From positions 128,001 through 192,000 of the forward strand of contig CAWHHI010000006.1 of NCBI GenBank assembly GCA_963829055.1: DNA of 64,000 nt, read 5' to 3'. This DNA is from an uncultured Gemmatimonadaceae bacterium (lineage in GTDB: Bacteria; Gemmatimonadota; Gemmatimonadetes; Gemmatimonadales; Gemmatimonadaceae). The notes beneath the pieces were generated by a model. That model was given only the letters and a program-made list of their open reading frames with translations, was not told where the DNA came from and did no database searches. Shown here one piece after another: positions 35,498 to 45,696 of this stretch (positions within the stretch are counted from its first letter, which is position 1; every line of letters starts with the position of its first letter). A program made the position numbers and the translations under genes.

Positions 35498-36281
35498 ATG
35501 CGAATCGTGTCTCTGTGTCCTTCGCTCACTGAGCTCGTGTTCGACCTCGGCCACGGCGACGCGCTCGTTGGCCGGACGAAGTTCTGCGTCCACCCCGCGG
35601 ACCGCGTCGATCGAGTCGAGAAGGTCGGCGGCACCAAGAACCCCAAGATCGACCGCATCATCGCGCTGGCCCCTGACCTCGTCCTGCTGAACGAGGAAGA
35701 GAACCGCCGCGAGGACGCCGAGGCGCTCGAGGCAGCGGGGATCCGCTGTCACGTCAGCTTCCCGCGGACCGCGCTCGAGACTGCGGGCATGGTCCGCTCG
35801 ATCGCCGCGGCCATCGACGCGCGCGACGACGGAGAACGCATCGCCCGCGACATCGAGTCGCGTCACCAGCGGGTCGTCGACGCTGCGGTCGGACGCGAGG
35901 CTGCGCGTTTCGCGTACCTCATCTGGCGCGAGCCGTGGATGGCGGTCAACGGGGACACGTTTGTCAGCGCGTTGCTGACGGACGCCGGCGGGCACAACGT
36001 CTTCGCGTCGCACACCGACCGCTATCCGACGATCACGCCCGGAGAGCTCGCCGCCGCCGACCCGAACGTCGTGCTGCTGTCCACCGAGCCGTTCCCGTTC
36101 AAGTCGTCACACGCGGACGAGCTGGCGGAGTTGTCCGGGCTGCCGCGTGAGCGGTTCCAGATCGTGGATGGCGGAGATGCTCTCCTGGCACGGCTCGCGG
36201 ACGCCGGCTGGGATCGACTACGCCGAGCAGGTCATTGTTGGCAGTCATTCCGAGCGGAGCGCACGCGAAGCGCGCGCGTAG
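35498..36281 (+). CDS. Helical-backbone metal receptor (BtuF/cobalamin-binding-like); frameshift near 36172
   Basis: MRIVSLCPSLTE; VGRTKFCVHP; VGGTKNP; NEEENRRED; LIWREPWM; LSTEPFPF; GEMLSWHGSR; the stop lies inside the family A repeat. Confidence 0.9.
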
Positions 36282-36374
36282 TCGAGGAATCGAGACGCTG
36301 GTCGGTAGAGGGCTCTCTACCGTTACGATCACGATTCCTCGACTGCGGGCCTTCGGCCCTCCGCTCGGAATGAC
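36244..36374. repeat. Family A palindromic element
   Basis: GTCATTCCGAGCGGAG..TCGAGGAATC..GGTAGAGGGCTCTCTACC..GATTCCTCGA..CTCCGCTCGGAATGAC. Confidence 0.88.
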
Positions 36375-36380
36375 AAGGGC

Positions 36381-37169
36381 TCACGTCGGCACAATGCGGC
36401 GCACCTGGACCGTCCCGCCATGCTTGAGATGCGGACACTCGCGCGCGATGCGGAACGCCTCCGCCGAGTCGGCGGCCTGGATGAGGAAGAAACCGCCAAG
36501 CTCGTCCGACGACCCATGTGGAAGTTCCGTCGCGCCAGCCGCCGAGAGCATCGTGACCGGGTCGTCCGCCAGCTTCTCCGCGTTCACGAGCGCGCCGCTC
36601 TCACGAAGCCGCATTGCCCACGCGCTGTACTCCGCGACGATCGCCGCTTCGGCAATCGAGTCCGCGGCCGATTGCTGCGCACTGGACGGCGGTCGCTGCG
36701 CCGGACCGTGGAGCAGAAGCAGGTAGCGCGTCTTCGGTGACGCCGAAGCGGCCATCGCTTTCCCAGCGTCGTTGATCGGGCCAGCGACCGGACCGTTCAC
36801 GGCGCTGTCGGCGATAGCCGGCATTCGAGCCGAGCGTTGCCCGACCAGCACGCCAATCACCAGTGACGCGGCGATGGCCAACGCTCCCATCGCGATCCGT
36901 GGAGCTCGAGAGCCGCGTCCTGGTGTGGTGCGACCCCCATCCGTACCGCGCGCACGCGCGTCGATCAGCCGTTCGACACGGGCACCCGCGCCACTCGCCG
37001 CTGGAACGCGCAGCGCACCGAGCTCCGCCCACATCTCGCGCAGCCGCTCGGTCTCGGCCCTGCACGCTGAGCAACCCGCGAGGTGCTGATCGACCGCCGC
37101 CGCTCGATCAGCGTCGAGCGTCCCGGTCAGCCGTTCGATGAACTCCTCTCGCACGCGCTCGCATTCCAT
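36381..37169 (-). CDS. Anti-sigma-like protein: zf-HC2 (ZAS) domain, TM, YCII-like C-terminal domain
   Basis: MECERV..HLAGCSAC; TM IAMGALAIAASLVIGVLVG; RYLLLLH..ELGGFFLIQAADSAEAFRIARECPHLKHGGTVQVRRI. Confidence 0.85.
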   Translation of the reverse strand: MECERVREEFIERLTGTLDADRAAAVDQHLAGCSACRAETERLREMWAELGALRVPAASGAGARVERLIDARARGTDGGRTTPGRGSRAPRIAMGALAIAASLVIGVLVGQRSARMPAIADSAVNGPVAGPINDAGKAMAASASPKTRYLLLLHGPAQRPPSSAQQSAADSIAEAAIVAEYSAWAMRLRESGALVNAEKLADDPVTMLSAAGATELPHGSSDELGGFFLIQAADSAEAFRIARECPHLKHGGTVQVRRIVPT

Positions 37170-37244
37170 CGCTGCCTCTCAGTCGTCACGGGTCGTCGCA
37201 GGTCGTCGGACGCGTGCTTGTCTGGTGACACACCGTCCGGCTAC

Positions 37245-37332
37245 TTAGATCGGGCCCGGACCAGTTCTGTTACGGCGACGGCGACGTCGGGGCGCGACGT
37301 CGTGTAACATCGCACGCCCGGGCTCGATCTAA
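37245..37332. promoter_or_regulatory. Two back-to-back ECF-type promoters GTAACA-N15-CGATCTAA
   Basis: Plus strand 37304-37332 and minus strand 37273-37245 carry identical boxes and spacing. Confidence 0.75.
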
Positions 37333-37364
37333 CGGCGAGGGATCTTGCCCGGAGGCGAGCGCGG

Positions 37365-37925
37365 GTGGCCGAACCGTCGGACGAAGAACTGATGCTCGCG
37401 CTCCAGCGCGGCGAGCTCGCGGCGTTCGACGCGCTGTTCCGTCGTCACTATGAGACGGTCCGCGCGTTATGCGCGCGCGTCTCATCTGACGCGACCACCG
37501 GAGACGACCTCGCGCAGGAGACGTTCCTCCGCGTGCTGCGGCACCGCGCGACGTTCCGCGGCGACGCGCGCTTCACGACGTGGGTCTACCGCATCGCGCG
37601 GAACGTGTGCCTCGAGCAGATGGCGCGTCACTCGCGCGACGTTCGCCTTGCGGAGCGGTGGAGTGTGGAGTCGGTGCCGGCGTCCGAGCCGGAGCAGAGT
37701 GATGATACCGAGCAACTCGCCGCCGCGATGTACGCACTCACCGCGGAGCAACGTGAGGTGCTGGTGCTCTGCCGGTATCACGACCTCCCTTTCTCGGAGA
37801 TCGGTGCGATCCTCGGCTGCACGGCCGGCGCGGCCCGTGTGCGCGCGCACCGTGCGCTCGCGGCCTTACGCGACGCGTATCTCAGCCTCAATGGCGGCGA
37901 GCGCATGCGTCGAGGCGGAGGCTGA
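37365..37925 (+). CDS. ECF RNA polymerase sigma-70 factor
   Basis: SDEELM; AFDALFRRHY; DLAQETFLRV; FTTWVYRIARN; region 4 LPFSEIGAILG..RVRAHRAL. Confidence 0.92.
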   Translation: MAEPSDEELMLALQRGELAAFDALFRRHYETVRALCARVSSDATTGDDLAQETFLRVLRHRATFRGDARFTTWVYRIARNVCLEQMARHSRDVRLAERWSVESVPASEPEQSDDTEQLAAAMYALTAEQREVLVLCRYHDLPFSEIGAILGCTAGAARVRAHRALAALRDAYLSLNGGERMRRGGG

Positions 37926-37940
37926 TAGACTCGAGAGAAA

Positions 37941-38287
37941 GCAATTCACCGGGGAGGACGCAGATCGCTTCGGCAAGCATCCAGAACAGAGAGTGTGAAC
38001 GGAAACGGCCGGAAACATCGGATCGGGCGGATCGGCCTGACGCCGGGAGGGTCGGTGCCGCAACGAGCCGTGATGGAAAGGGGAACGGCCGCGGGGACGC
38101 AGTGGTCTCACGAGGCCGTTCCCCTCCTTCAACGGCCCGTTCCACGATCCGTCCGGGTCGCGATGGATCCGGCCGTTTCAGTCGTTTCCGTCCAATCAGT
38201 TCTCACTCTGGCTTCTGGATGTCGTGTCGAAGCAGTCCGTCTGGATGGTTGCCCGAGCAGCCCTCTGCGTCCTCGGCGGTGAATTGC
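37941..38287. repeat. Family C palindromic element, copy 2 (inverted relative to copy 1)
   Basis: 24-bp TIR GCAATTCACCG(GG/CC)GAGGACGCAGA; about 280-nt interior aligns with 8160-8440. Confidence 0.82.
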
Positions 38288-38344
38288 AGTTCACCAGCGA
38301 GCAGCCGCCGACACACGTTAGGCACGCAAAAGCCGGAAGGCAGA

Positions 38345-38935
38345 TCAGAACCGAAACGCCAGCGACGGCATGAACATGCCATGCAGCGTGCCGAACGCGT
38401 TCGGCAGGTAGTGGTACTTCGCCTCGAGCGAGAGTCCCGCGTGCCCCGCCGGCGCGAGATCGATGCCGAGCCCACCCAACGCGCCTAACGTTGTCCCGAA
38501 GTTCGTCGACTCCGGTCCCCGCGCGTGGTACACGCCACCGCCGGCCAGGCCGAACAACCGCGGTGCCGCGGCGAGCGGACGGAACTCCGCCGACAGTGTG
38601 CCAGAGTACACCTGATCGGGATGGATCGCGAATCCGCGACACACGCTGCCCGCGACGCACGATGGCTCGGCCACCGCTCCCGATAACATCCCCGCGCTGA
38701 CATCGCCGCGGAACGCCAGTCGCGCCGACCAATGCCACAGGCCGCTGAGCTGCGCGTGAAGCCCGAAGTCGCCGGGCACAGCCACCACGTATCCGGTCGG
38801 GACAGTGGTACCGAGCGCGACGCCAAATCCGAGGCGACTCGGTCGCCCACCATTCGCCTGAGCGGCAACTACGGAACCCGAGGCGTACATAGCGGTTGCA
38901 GCGAGCAGTGCGAGTCTGACGGAGGCAATCGGCAT
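38345..38935 (-). CDS. Outer-membrane beta-barrel-like protein
   Basis: Signal peptide ending VVAAQ; amphipathic strands; LSLEAKYHY; C-terminal FRF. Confidence 0.7.
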   Translation of the reverse strand: MPIASVRLALLAATAMYASGSVVAAQANGGRPSRLGFGVALGTTVPTGYVVAVPGDFGLHAQLSGLWHWSARLAFRGDVSAGMLSGAVAEPSCVAGSVCRGFAIHPDQVYSGTLSAEFRPLAAAPRLFGLAGGGVYHARGPESTNFGTTLGALGGLGIDLAPAGHAGLSLEAKYHYLPNAFGTLHGMFMPSLAFRF

Positions 38936-39141
38936 TCGGTCCTCGCGGCGTTGGCGCTCATGACGATGCGACAAGCGATCCCAATGCACTACCCACGCAC
39001 ACGCTGGGCGGTCACAGATCAGGGGCGAACCGCGGGCGGCCCGCTTCTGGCAGGTGCGCCCCGAACGTGAGTCGCGCCAACGGAGCTGAGCCAAGAGCGA
39101 ACCGGCTCGAAGCCACCACGAGGGAAGGGGAGGGTGCCGCC

Positions 39142-39567
39142 GTGGAAGACTGGACCGAAGACGACTGGATGGAATGGGTCGAGCAGACCTACGAGGCGCT
39201 CGATGCGAAGGACGTCGACGCGTTCGTTGCCCAGCTCACGCCTGGTGCGACGGTGCGCGTCGGCAACGGTGATCCCGTCGCCGGCCGCGTGGCCATTCGC
39301 GATGCGTATGGCCAGTTCTTCGGCGCGATCGGCAGCGTGAGCCACGCGTTCACGTCGCAGCTCCGTGTCGACGACACGCTCGTCATCGAGGAGATCGTCA
39401 CCTTCACGCGACGCGACGGCACCGCCGTCGTGCTGCCGGCGGCGACGATCTGCGAGCTGACCGAGGGCAAGGCCGATCGCATGCAGACCTACATCGACAT
39501 GTCGACGCTCTTCCCGCGCGACGACGTCCCCTCGTTATGCAGGGCAGGCGAGGGCGTCATCGCGTAA
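39142..39567 (+). CDS. SnoaL/NTF2-like domain protein
   Basis: YEALDAKDVDAF..VRVGNGDPVAGRVAIR..VTFTRRDG..MQTYIDMS. Confidence 0.8.
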   Translation: MEDWTEDDWMEWVEQTYEALDAKDVDAFVAQLTPGATVRVGNGDPVAGRVAIRDAYGQFFGAIGSVSHAFTSQLRVDDTLVIEEIVTFTRRDGTAVVLPAATICELTEGKADRMQTYIDMSTLFPRDDVPSLCRAGEGVIA

Positions 39568-39616
39568 TCGAATAGGCGCGGATCGCGGGTGACCCGTTTC
39601 CTCGCTTACTTACGGG

Positions 39617-40735
39617 ATGCCCGCGATCGCGCTCGCCACGTACGCCGCACTCCCCAACCTCGCCGCCGACGAGCATCCGCTCATCGCGCGCCTGGCCGAG
39701 CGAGACATCCGCGCCGTTCCCGCGGTGTGGGATGACCCCGCGGTCGCCTGGCAACAGTTCGCCGGCGTCATCGTTCGCTCCTGCTGGGATTATCATCTGC
39801 GTCCCGCGGAGTTCTTTCAATGGATCGACCGCGTGACGAGCCTCGGCGTTCCGATCTGGAATTCGCCGGCTACGCTCCGCTGGAATTCGCGCAAGACGTA
39901 CCTGCATGACCTAACGATCGGCGGCGTCCGCACCGTGCCGACGCTCTGGTTGCTCGGCGACAATCCTCGCCGAGCGACGGTGTCGCTGGCGGATGTGATC
40001 GAGGACACGGGGTGGGAGCACGTAGTCGTAAAGCCGGTCGTCTCGTCCTCGGCGCATGAGACGTGGGAGGTGTGGCGCGACGACGCTCGCGAGAACGCCG
40101 CGATGCACGACGCTCGGCTCCGCACGCTCATCGCACGACATGGCGTCATGGTGCAGCCGTTCGTCCCGGAGATCGCGTCGGACGGCGAGTTGTCGCTGCT
40201 GTTCTTCGGCGGCACGTTCAGCCATGCGGTGATCAAGCGCGTGCCGACAGGGACAGGTGAGTTCCGCGTGCAGCGAGAGTACGGCGGAACGCACGAGAGC
40301 GTGACGCCGCCGCCGGCGATCCTTCGTCAGGCGGAGCACGCGCTCCGCTCGGCGCCCGGTGAGTCGCTCTACGCCCGGGTGGATGGCGTCCTCCTCGACC
40401 GAAACCTGGTGGTGACGGAGGTCGAGCTTCTCGAACCGTCGCTATTTCTCGACGTCGTTCCGGAAGCCCCCGAGCGCTTCGCCGCCGCGATCGCGGCCGT
40501 CATTCCGAGCGCGTTGTCATTCCGAGCGGAGCCGCGAAGCGGCGCAGTCGAGGAATCCTCGGCGTCCGGTAGAGAGCCCTCTACCCCACAGGCCGACGAT
40601 TCCTCGACTCCGCGCGCCTTCGGCGCCTCCGCTCGGAATGACAGCCGTTCAAACCTTCGCGCGGCCCTCGGATGTCCCATCGATGCGCTTCCATCAGAAT
40701 CTGATGGGAGACCGCTCGGTCCCATCAAAACCTGA
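39617..40735 (+). CDS. ATP-grasp (RimK/glutathione-synthetase-like) protein; C-terminus extended through a repeat
   Basis: VRSCWDYH; WNSRKTYL; VVKPVVS; VQPF..GELSLLFFGG; FRVQREYGG; YARVD; EVELLEPSLFL. Confidence 0.88.
   Translation: MPAIALATYAALPNLAADEHPLIARLAERDIRAVPAVWDDPAVAWQQFAGVIVRSCWDYHLRPAEFFQWIDRVTSLGVPIWNSPATLRWNSRKTYLHDLTIGGVRTVPTLWLLGDNPRRATVSLADVIEDTGWEHVVVKPVVSSSAHETWEVWRDDARENAAMHDARLRTLIARHGVMVQPFVPEIASDGELSLLFFGGTFSHAVIKRVPTGTGEFRVQREYGGTHESVTPPPAILRQAEHALRSAPGESLYARVDGVLLDRNLVVTEVELLEPSLFLDVVPEAPERFAAAIAAVIPSALSFRAEPRSGAVEESSASGREPSTPQADDSSTPRAFGASARNDSRSNLRAALGCPIDALPSESDGRPLGPIKT
40499..40643. repeat. Family A palindromic element inside the 3' end of the ATP-grasp ORF
   Basis: Doubled GTCATTCCGAGCG start; GGTAGAGAGCCCTCTACC centre; CGCTCGGAATGACA end. 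Confidence 0.88.
40691..40707. promoter_or_regulatory. Putative PadR operator
   Basis: Palindrome CCATCAGA-A-TCTGATGG about 40 bp upstream of padR; related TCCCATC half-sites on both sides. Confidence 0.5.
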
Positions 40736-40745
40736 GGGCACTCGC

Positions 40746-41075
40746 GTGAACACAGATCTCGATCTCCTCCGCGGCACGCTCGATGTGCTGGTGCTCAAGT
40801 CGCTCATCTTCGGGGCGCGACACGGCTACGACGTCGCCGCGTGGATCTTCGAGACCTCGCGCGAGACCCTGCGTGTGGACGAGGGCGCTCTGTACACCTC
40901 GCTCCACCGCATGGAGAACCGCGGCTGGCTCGAGTCGGAGTGGGGCATGTCCGACAACAACCGGCGCGCGAAGTTCTACCAGCTCACCGCGAAAGGACGG
41001 GCACAGCTCAAGCGCAGCACCGCGGACTGGACGCGCTACGCCGAAGCCGTGTTCCTCGTCCTTCGCGCCGCCTGA
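40746..41075 (+). CDS. PadR family transcriptional regulator
   Basis: LLRGTLDVLVLK; HGY; EGALYTSLHRME; NNRRAKFYQLT. Confidence 0.93.
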   Translation: MNTDLDLLRGTLDVLVLKSLIFGARHGYDVAAWIFETSRETLRVDEGALYTSLHRMENRGWLESEWGMSDNNRRAKFYQLTAKGRAQLKRSTADWTRYAEAVFLVLRAA

Positions 41076-41088
41076 CGAGGACACGCTC

Positions 41089-43725
41089 ATGCCTATCGAC
41101 GGAATTCGCCGCGCTTTTCGTCGCACCGGACGCGACGCATCGACCGACGTCAGCGACGAGCTCGCGTTCCACTTCGCTCGCCGCGTGGACGACTTGGTCG
41201 CGCGAGGAATGTCGCCCGACGCTGCCCGCGCCGAAGCAGTCCGCGCATTCGGCGATGTCGACCACGTGCGTCGCGAGATGGAGCGCATGACGCGCGCTCG
41301 CCAGGGTCGCGTACGACGCGGCGAATGGCTGGGCGATCTCGCGTACGACGTGCGCTACGCCGCGCGAGGAATGCGACGCACCTGGGCGTTCACACTCGTC
41401 GCGCTGCTCACGCTCGCGCTCGGCATCGGCGCGACGACGGCGACGTTCAGCATCGTGAATGCGGTCCTGCTCCAGCCACTCGCGTTCCCTAACGCGGATC
41501 GCCTGGTTCGTGTGTGGGAACGCACCGACCGCGCGGACCGGGTTCAGCTCGCGACGCCGAACCTGCTCGATCTCAAGGAGCGCTCGCGAACGCTCGCGTA
41601 TCTCGCGGGCTACATGGGCGGAAGCACCGTCGTCCTGGGCGCCGATAAGCCGGTGCGCGCGCAGGCGTACGCAGTCACACGCGACTTCTTCGACGTGCTC
41701 GGCGTACGCCCCGTGCTCGGTCGCCCGTTCGTGCCTGACGAGGCCGTGGAGAATGGCCCGCGCGCGATCATCGTCAGTTACGACTTCTGGCAACGCTTCC
41801 TTGGCGGTACGCGCGACATAGAGCGGCGAGCGCTCGACATTTATGGGACGCGCTATCAGGTCGTGGGCGTCATGCCCGCGGGCTTCGCGTACCCGGCGGG
41901 AGCAGAGATCTGGATGGCGCGCGAGTTCGGCGCCGGCGAATCGCGCACGTCGCACAACTGGCAGGCCATCGGGCGCCTAACGCCGACAGCCACGATCGAG
42001 ACCGCACGGGCCGATCTCGATGGGATCATGCGCTCGCTCGCCGCGCAGTACGGAACGGCCATGAACGGCAGCGGGATCAACATCATGGGTCTCGCCGACT
42101 CGCTCGTCGGGGGCGTACGGCGTCCGCTGACGCTCATCTTCGGCGCGGTGGCGTTCGTGCTGCTCGTGGCGTGCGTCAACCTCGCGAGCGCGAACCTGGC
42201 GCGCGGTGAGTCGAGGCGGCAGGAGATGGCCGTGCGCGCCGCGCTCGGAGCAGGGCGCTCACGGCTCGCGCGCCAGTTGCTGGCCGAGAATGTGTTGATG
42301 GCGATCATTGGTGGCGCGTTCGCGCTGGTCGTCGGTTACGCGTTCACGCGCGCGCTGATCTGGATCGCGCCCGCCAACCTGCCGCGTCTCGCGGAAGTAC
42401 GACTCGATATCCGCGTCGCGGCATTCACGATTGCCCTCGCCACGCTGACGGGCGTGCTCATTGGCGTACTGCCGGCGATGCAGGTCGCGCGGTCTGCGTT
42501 GCGAGATGCGATCTCGGCAGGCGGACGCGCGGGCATCAGCGGCGACGGAGGAGCGAGTCGCAGGATTCTCATCGGTGCCGAGGTGGCGCTCGTGGTCATG
42601 CTGCTCGTTGGCGCGGGCCTGACGCTGCGAAGCTTCCGCACGCTGCTTCAGCAGGATCCCGGGTTCGACCCGACGGGCGTGCTGGCGGTGCAGGTCGATG
42701 TGCCAGCAACCAAGTACGGTGACAGCACACGCGCCGTCGCATTCTATGATCGCTTGTTAGGCGAGGCTCGTGCGTTGCCGTCCGTCACGAGCGTCGGCGT
42801 GATCAACATCGCGCCGCTCGACGCGTGGCACATCAATGGTGGCTTCGAGATCGCGGGTCGTGAGTCCAAGGGCGGCGCGAGCTATCGCGTCATTGGAGGG
42901 GATTACTTCCGCGCGATGTCGATTCCCCTGCGCCGCGGACGCCTGTTCCAGGAGAGCGATCGATCCGGCTCGCCTCACGTCGTCATCGTGAACGAAACGG
43001 CCGCCGCGAAGCTCTGGCCGGGAACGGATCCGATCGGTCAGCGCATCCGCTACACGGGCATGGACAGTCATAGCGACGACTGGATGACCGTCATCGGTGT
43101 GGTTGGCGACGTCCATCAGCTCGGGCTTGCCGTCCCGGCCGAGCCGGAGACGTATGTGCCGTTTGCGCAGCGTCCGGAGCGACTGGTGAACCAGGCGACG
43201 ATCGTCATGCGATCGACGTCCGATCCGGCATTGCTGTCGGCGGCCATCCGCGAGCGCATCCAGGCGGTGGACAGGGAAGTGCCGACGACGATCAAGACGT
43301 TCGATAGCGTGGTGCTCGCGTCCGTTGCTGACAGGCGATTCACGATGGTGGTGCTGAGCGCGTTCGGAGTCTTCGCGCTGTTTCTGGCGGCGGTCGGCAT
43401 CTACGGCGTGCTCGCGTACTCGGTGAATCGCCGCACGCGCGAGATCGGCGTCCGCATGGCGCTCGGCGCCGCACGAGGTCGCGTTCTTCGCATGATCCTG
43501 AGAGATGCGATGCGCGCGGTCGTCCCGGGCATAGGGGTCGGGATCGCCGGCGCCCTGATGCTGACGCGATTGATGTCGGGCCTGCTCTACGGGATTGCGC
43601 CGACGGATCCTCTGACGTTCGTGGCCGTGATCGCGGTGCTCGTGGTGGTGACGCTTGCGGCGAGCCTGGTCCCTGCGCGGCGCGCGACCAGGGTCGATCC
43701 CATGGAAGCGATTCGTGCTGCGTGA
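41089..43725 (+). CDS. ADOP-type duplicated ABC permease with permease-prefix domain
   Basis: DELAFHF..GMSPDAARAEAVRAFG; LALGIGATTATFS; LVACVNLAS; RRTREIGVRMALGA; PARRATRVDPMEAIR; intact frame. Confidence 0.95.
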   Translation: MPIDGIRRAFRRTGRDASTDVSDELAFHFARRVDDLVARGMSPDAARAEAVRAFGDVDHVRREMERMTRARQGRVRRGEWLGDLAYDVRYAARGMRRTWAFTLVALLTLALGIGATTATFSIVNAVLLQPLAFPNADRLVRVWERTDRADRVQLATPNLLDLKERSRTLAYLAGYMGGSTVVLGADKPVRAQAYAVTRDFFDVLGVRPVLGRPFVPDEAVENGPRAIIVSYDFWQRFLGGTRDIERRALDIYGTRYQVVGVMPAGFAYPAGAEIWMAREFGAGESRTSHNWQAIGRLTPTATIETARADLDGIMRSLAAQYGTAMNGSGINIMGLADSLVGGVRRPLTLIFGAVAFVLLVACVNLASANLARGESRRQEMAVRAALGAGRSRLARQLLAENVLMAIIGGAFALVVGYAFTRALIWIAPANLPRLAEVRLDIRVAAFTIALATLTGVLIGVLPAMQVARSALRDAISAGGRAGISGDGGASRRILIGAEVALVVMLLVGAGLTLRSFRTLLQQDPGFDPTGVLAVQVDVPATKYGDSTRAVAFYDRLLGEARALPSVTSVGVINIAPLDAWHINGGFEIAGRESKGGASYRVIGGDYFRAMSIPLRRGRLFQESDRSGSPHVVIVNETAAAKLWPGTDPIGQRIRYTGMDSHSDDWMTVIGVVGDVHQLGLAVPAEPETYVPFAQRPERLVNQATIVMRSTSDPALLSAAIRERIQAVDREVPTTIKTFDSVVLASVADRRFTMVVLSAFGVFALFLAAVGIYGVLAYSVNRRTREIGVRMALGAARGRVLRMILRDAMRAVVPGIGVGIAGALMLTRLMSGLLYGIAPTDPLTFVAVIAVLVVVTLAASLVPARRATRVDPMEAIRAA

Positions 43726-43747
43726 TTGTCGCGGATCGTGGGTTCGG

Positions 43748-44163
43748 CATCGTCGCGCCGCGGTCGGTGAGGACTGCGATTGGGCGGATCTGTACTGCGA
43801 AACTACCGGATACACCTTTGCATTGAGGCAGCATTGCACCCGGCCGGCGGGAACTACGATTTCGCGGCTGAGACGGACGAAGCCGGATATTACGAAAGGC
43901 GAGCCATCCCTCTCGCCACGAGCCGGGATTCTTTGGGAACGGCCGCTCGGGACGCAGGCGTCTCCCGAGCGGCCGTTCCCATTCATTCATGGTCCGCCAC
44001 GACCCAGCGTCAGCGCAAAGCTGTATCCGGCTGTTTTGCCGTCGATCCGCCAAATCGCAGTTCCCACCGGCCCGGCGCGACGATGCGGGAATGCAAAGCC
44101 GTATCTGGTAGTTCGCCGTACAGATCCGTCCAATCGCAGTTCCCACTGGCCGCGGCGCGATGA
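43748..44163. repeat. Family D modular palindromic element, copy 2 (most complete)
   Basis: Perfect 19-bp core stem 43934-43952/43963-43981 with about 80-nt units in inverted orientation on both sides. Confidence 0.85.
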
Positions 44164-44217
44164 GCTGGACCAGCGTACTTGCCGCCGATCGTCTTACCGG
44201 CGAGAGTTTGCCGCGCC

Positions 44218-45427
44218 ATGAATCCGACTCCCGCCGATACGCCGCCGATCTCGACGAACGTTCCCGGCGAGACCTCGCCTGCGTCCGCCGACCTCGGCGA
44301 GCTCGCCCTCGTCATGGGTGGCGGTGGCGCGCGCGGCGCGTATCAGGTCGGGCTGCTGCGCCACCTCGCGCGACGATTCCCCACGCTGCGCCTGCCCATT
44401 CTCACCGGCGTCTCGGCCGGCGCGCTCAATGTCGCGCACCTCGCGCAACATCAAGGGACATTCCTCGAGGCAGTGACGTCGCTCGAGCGGCTCTGGCGTT
44501 CGCTCAGCCCCGAGCAGGTGTACCGCGTCGACCCGCCGGCGCTCCTCGGCAACCTGGTTCGATGGGGCGTGCGCCTCGTCTCCGGAGGCACCGTCTCCGA
44601 AACGCAGACGCGAGGCCTCGTCGACACGACGCCGCTACGCGCGTTCCTGGAGCGTGCGCTCGCACCACAGGAGGGCGTCCTCGACGGCATCGACAAGAAC
44701 CTCGCTCGTGGAACACTGCGCGCCGTCGCGCTGAGCACGACCGACTACGGCACCGGGCAGTCGTTCGTCTGGATGCAGGGGCGCAACATCGAGGAATGGG
44801 AGCGCCCGAAGCGGCGCAGCTGTCTCCACGCGCCTAACGGTGGACCACGTCATGGGCTCGGCCGCGCTGCCGTTCCTGTTTCCGGCCGTGCGCATCGAGA
44901 ACTCGTGGCATGGCGACGGCGGCATCCGCCAGACGGCACCGCTTTCTCCGGCGTTGCACCTCGGCGCGCATAAGATCCTCGCGATCTCGACGCGCTACGA
45001 TCGCACGCAGGCGGAGGCGAACCGACCGCTCGTTCGCGGGTACCCGCCGCCGGCGCAGGTGCTGAGCGTCCTGTACAACGCCATCTTCCTCGATCTGATC
45101 GATCAGGACGTGCTGCGCCTCGAGAGGATGAACTACGTGCTGCGCAAACTGCCGCCCGACGAGCGCTCGGGGATGCGCGTGGTCAACATTCTCGTCCTGC
45201 GTCCATCACGGGATCTGGGCAAGCTGTCGCGCGAGTACGAGCCGCTGCTCCCAGGCTTCTTCCGCTTCCTGACGCGCGGACTCGGCACGCGTGAGACCGC
45301 GAGCCCGGACATTCTGAGTCTGGTGATGTTTCAGGAGAACTATCTCGGACGCCTGATCGAGCTCGGCGAGGAAGACGCCGAGGCGCGCGCGGATGAAATC
45401 GGAGAATTCGTGAGCACTCACTATTGA
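44218..45427 (+). CDS. Patatin-like phospholipase; frameshift near 44825
   Basis: GGGGARGAYQ; GVSAG; DGG. Confidence 0.92.
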
Positions 45428-45480
45428 TTTGACGCGCGCCGCAAGGTGTTTGCTGTTACTGCCGAGGCCTGAGGAAGGAG

Positions 45481-45696
45481 GAGGGCGGACGGCGGAAGGC
45501 GGAGAAAAGGCGTTGTCATCCCGAGCAAAGCGCCATGTCATCCCGAGCGCAGCGAGGGATCTTCTCGAACGTCATCGGAGCCAGTCCGGCCACGATACCG
45601 TCACAGAAGGTCCCTCGTCGCTGTCGCTCCTCGGGATGACATGCGCGTTCCTCCGCCCTCCGCCCTCCGCCCTCCTCCTTCCTAAGCCCTCCGCCC
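45481..45696. repeat. Family A (TGTCATCCCGAG subtype) element flanked by GGCGGAA/CCGCCCT heptamer arms
   Basis: Core 45514-45641 is an inverted near-copy of 56405-56512. Confidence 0.85.

Noticed and set aside
37890..37915. Similarity of the sigma gene 3' end (ATGGCGGCGAGCGCATGCG) to the anti-sigma start (ATGGAATGCGAGCGCGTGCG), suggesting an inversion
   Set aside because: The match is short and GC-rich, and the symmetric promoters argue that the divergent layout is functional.
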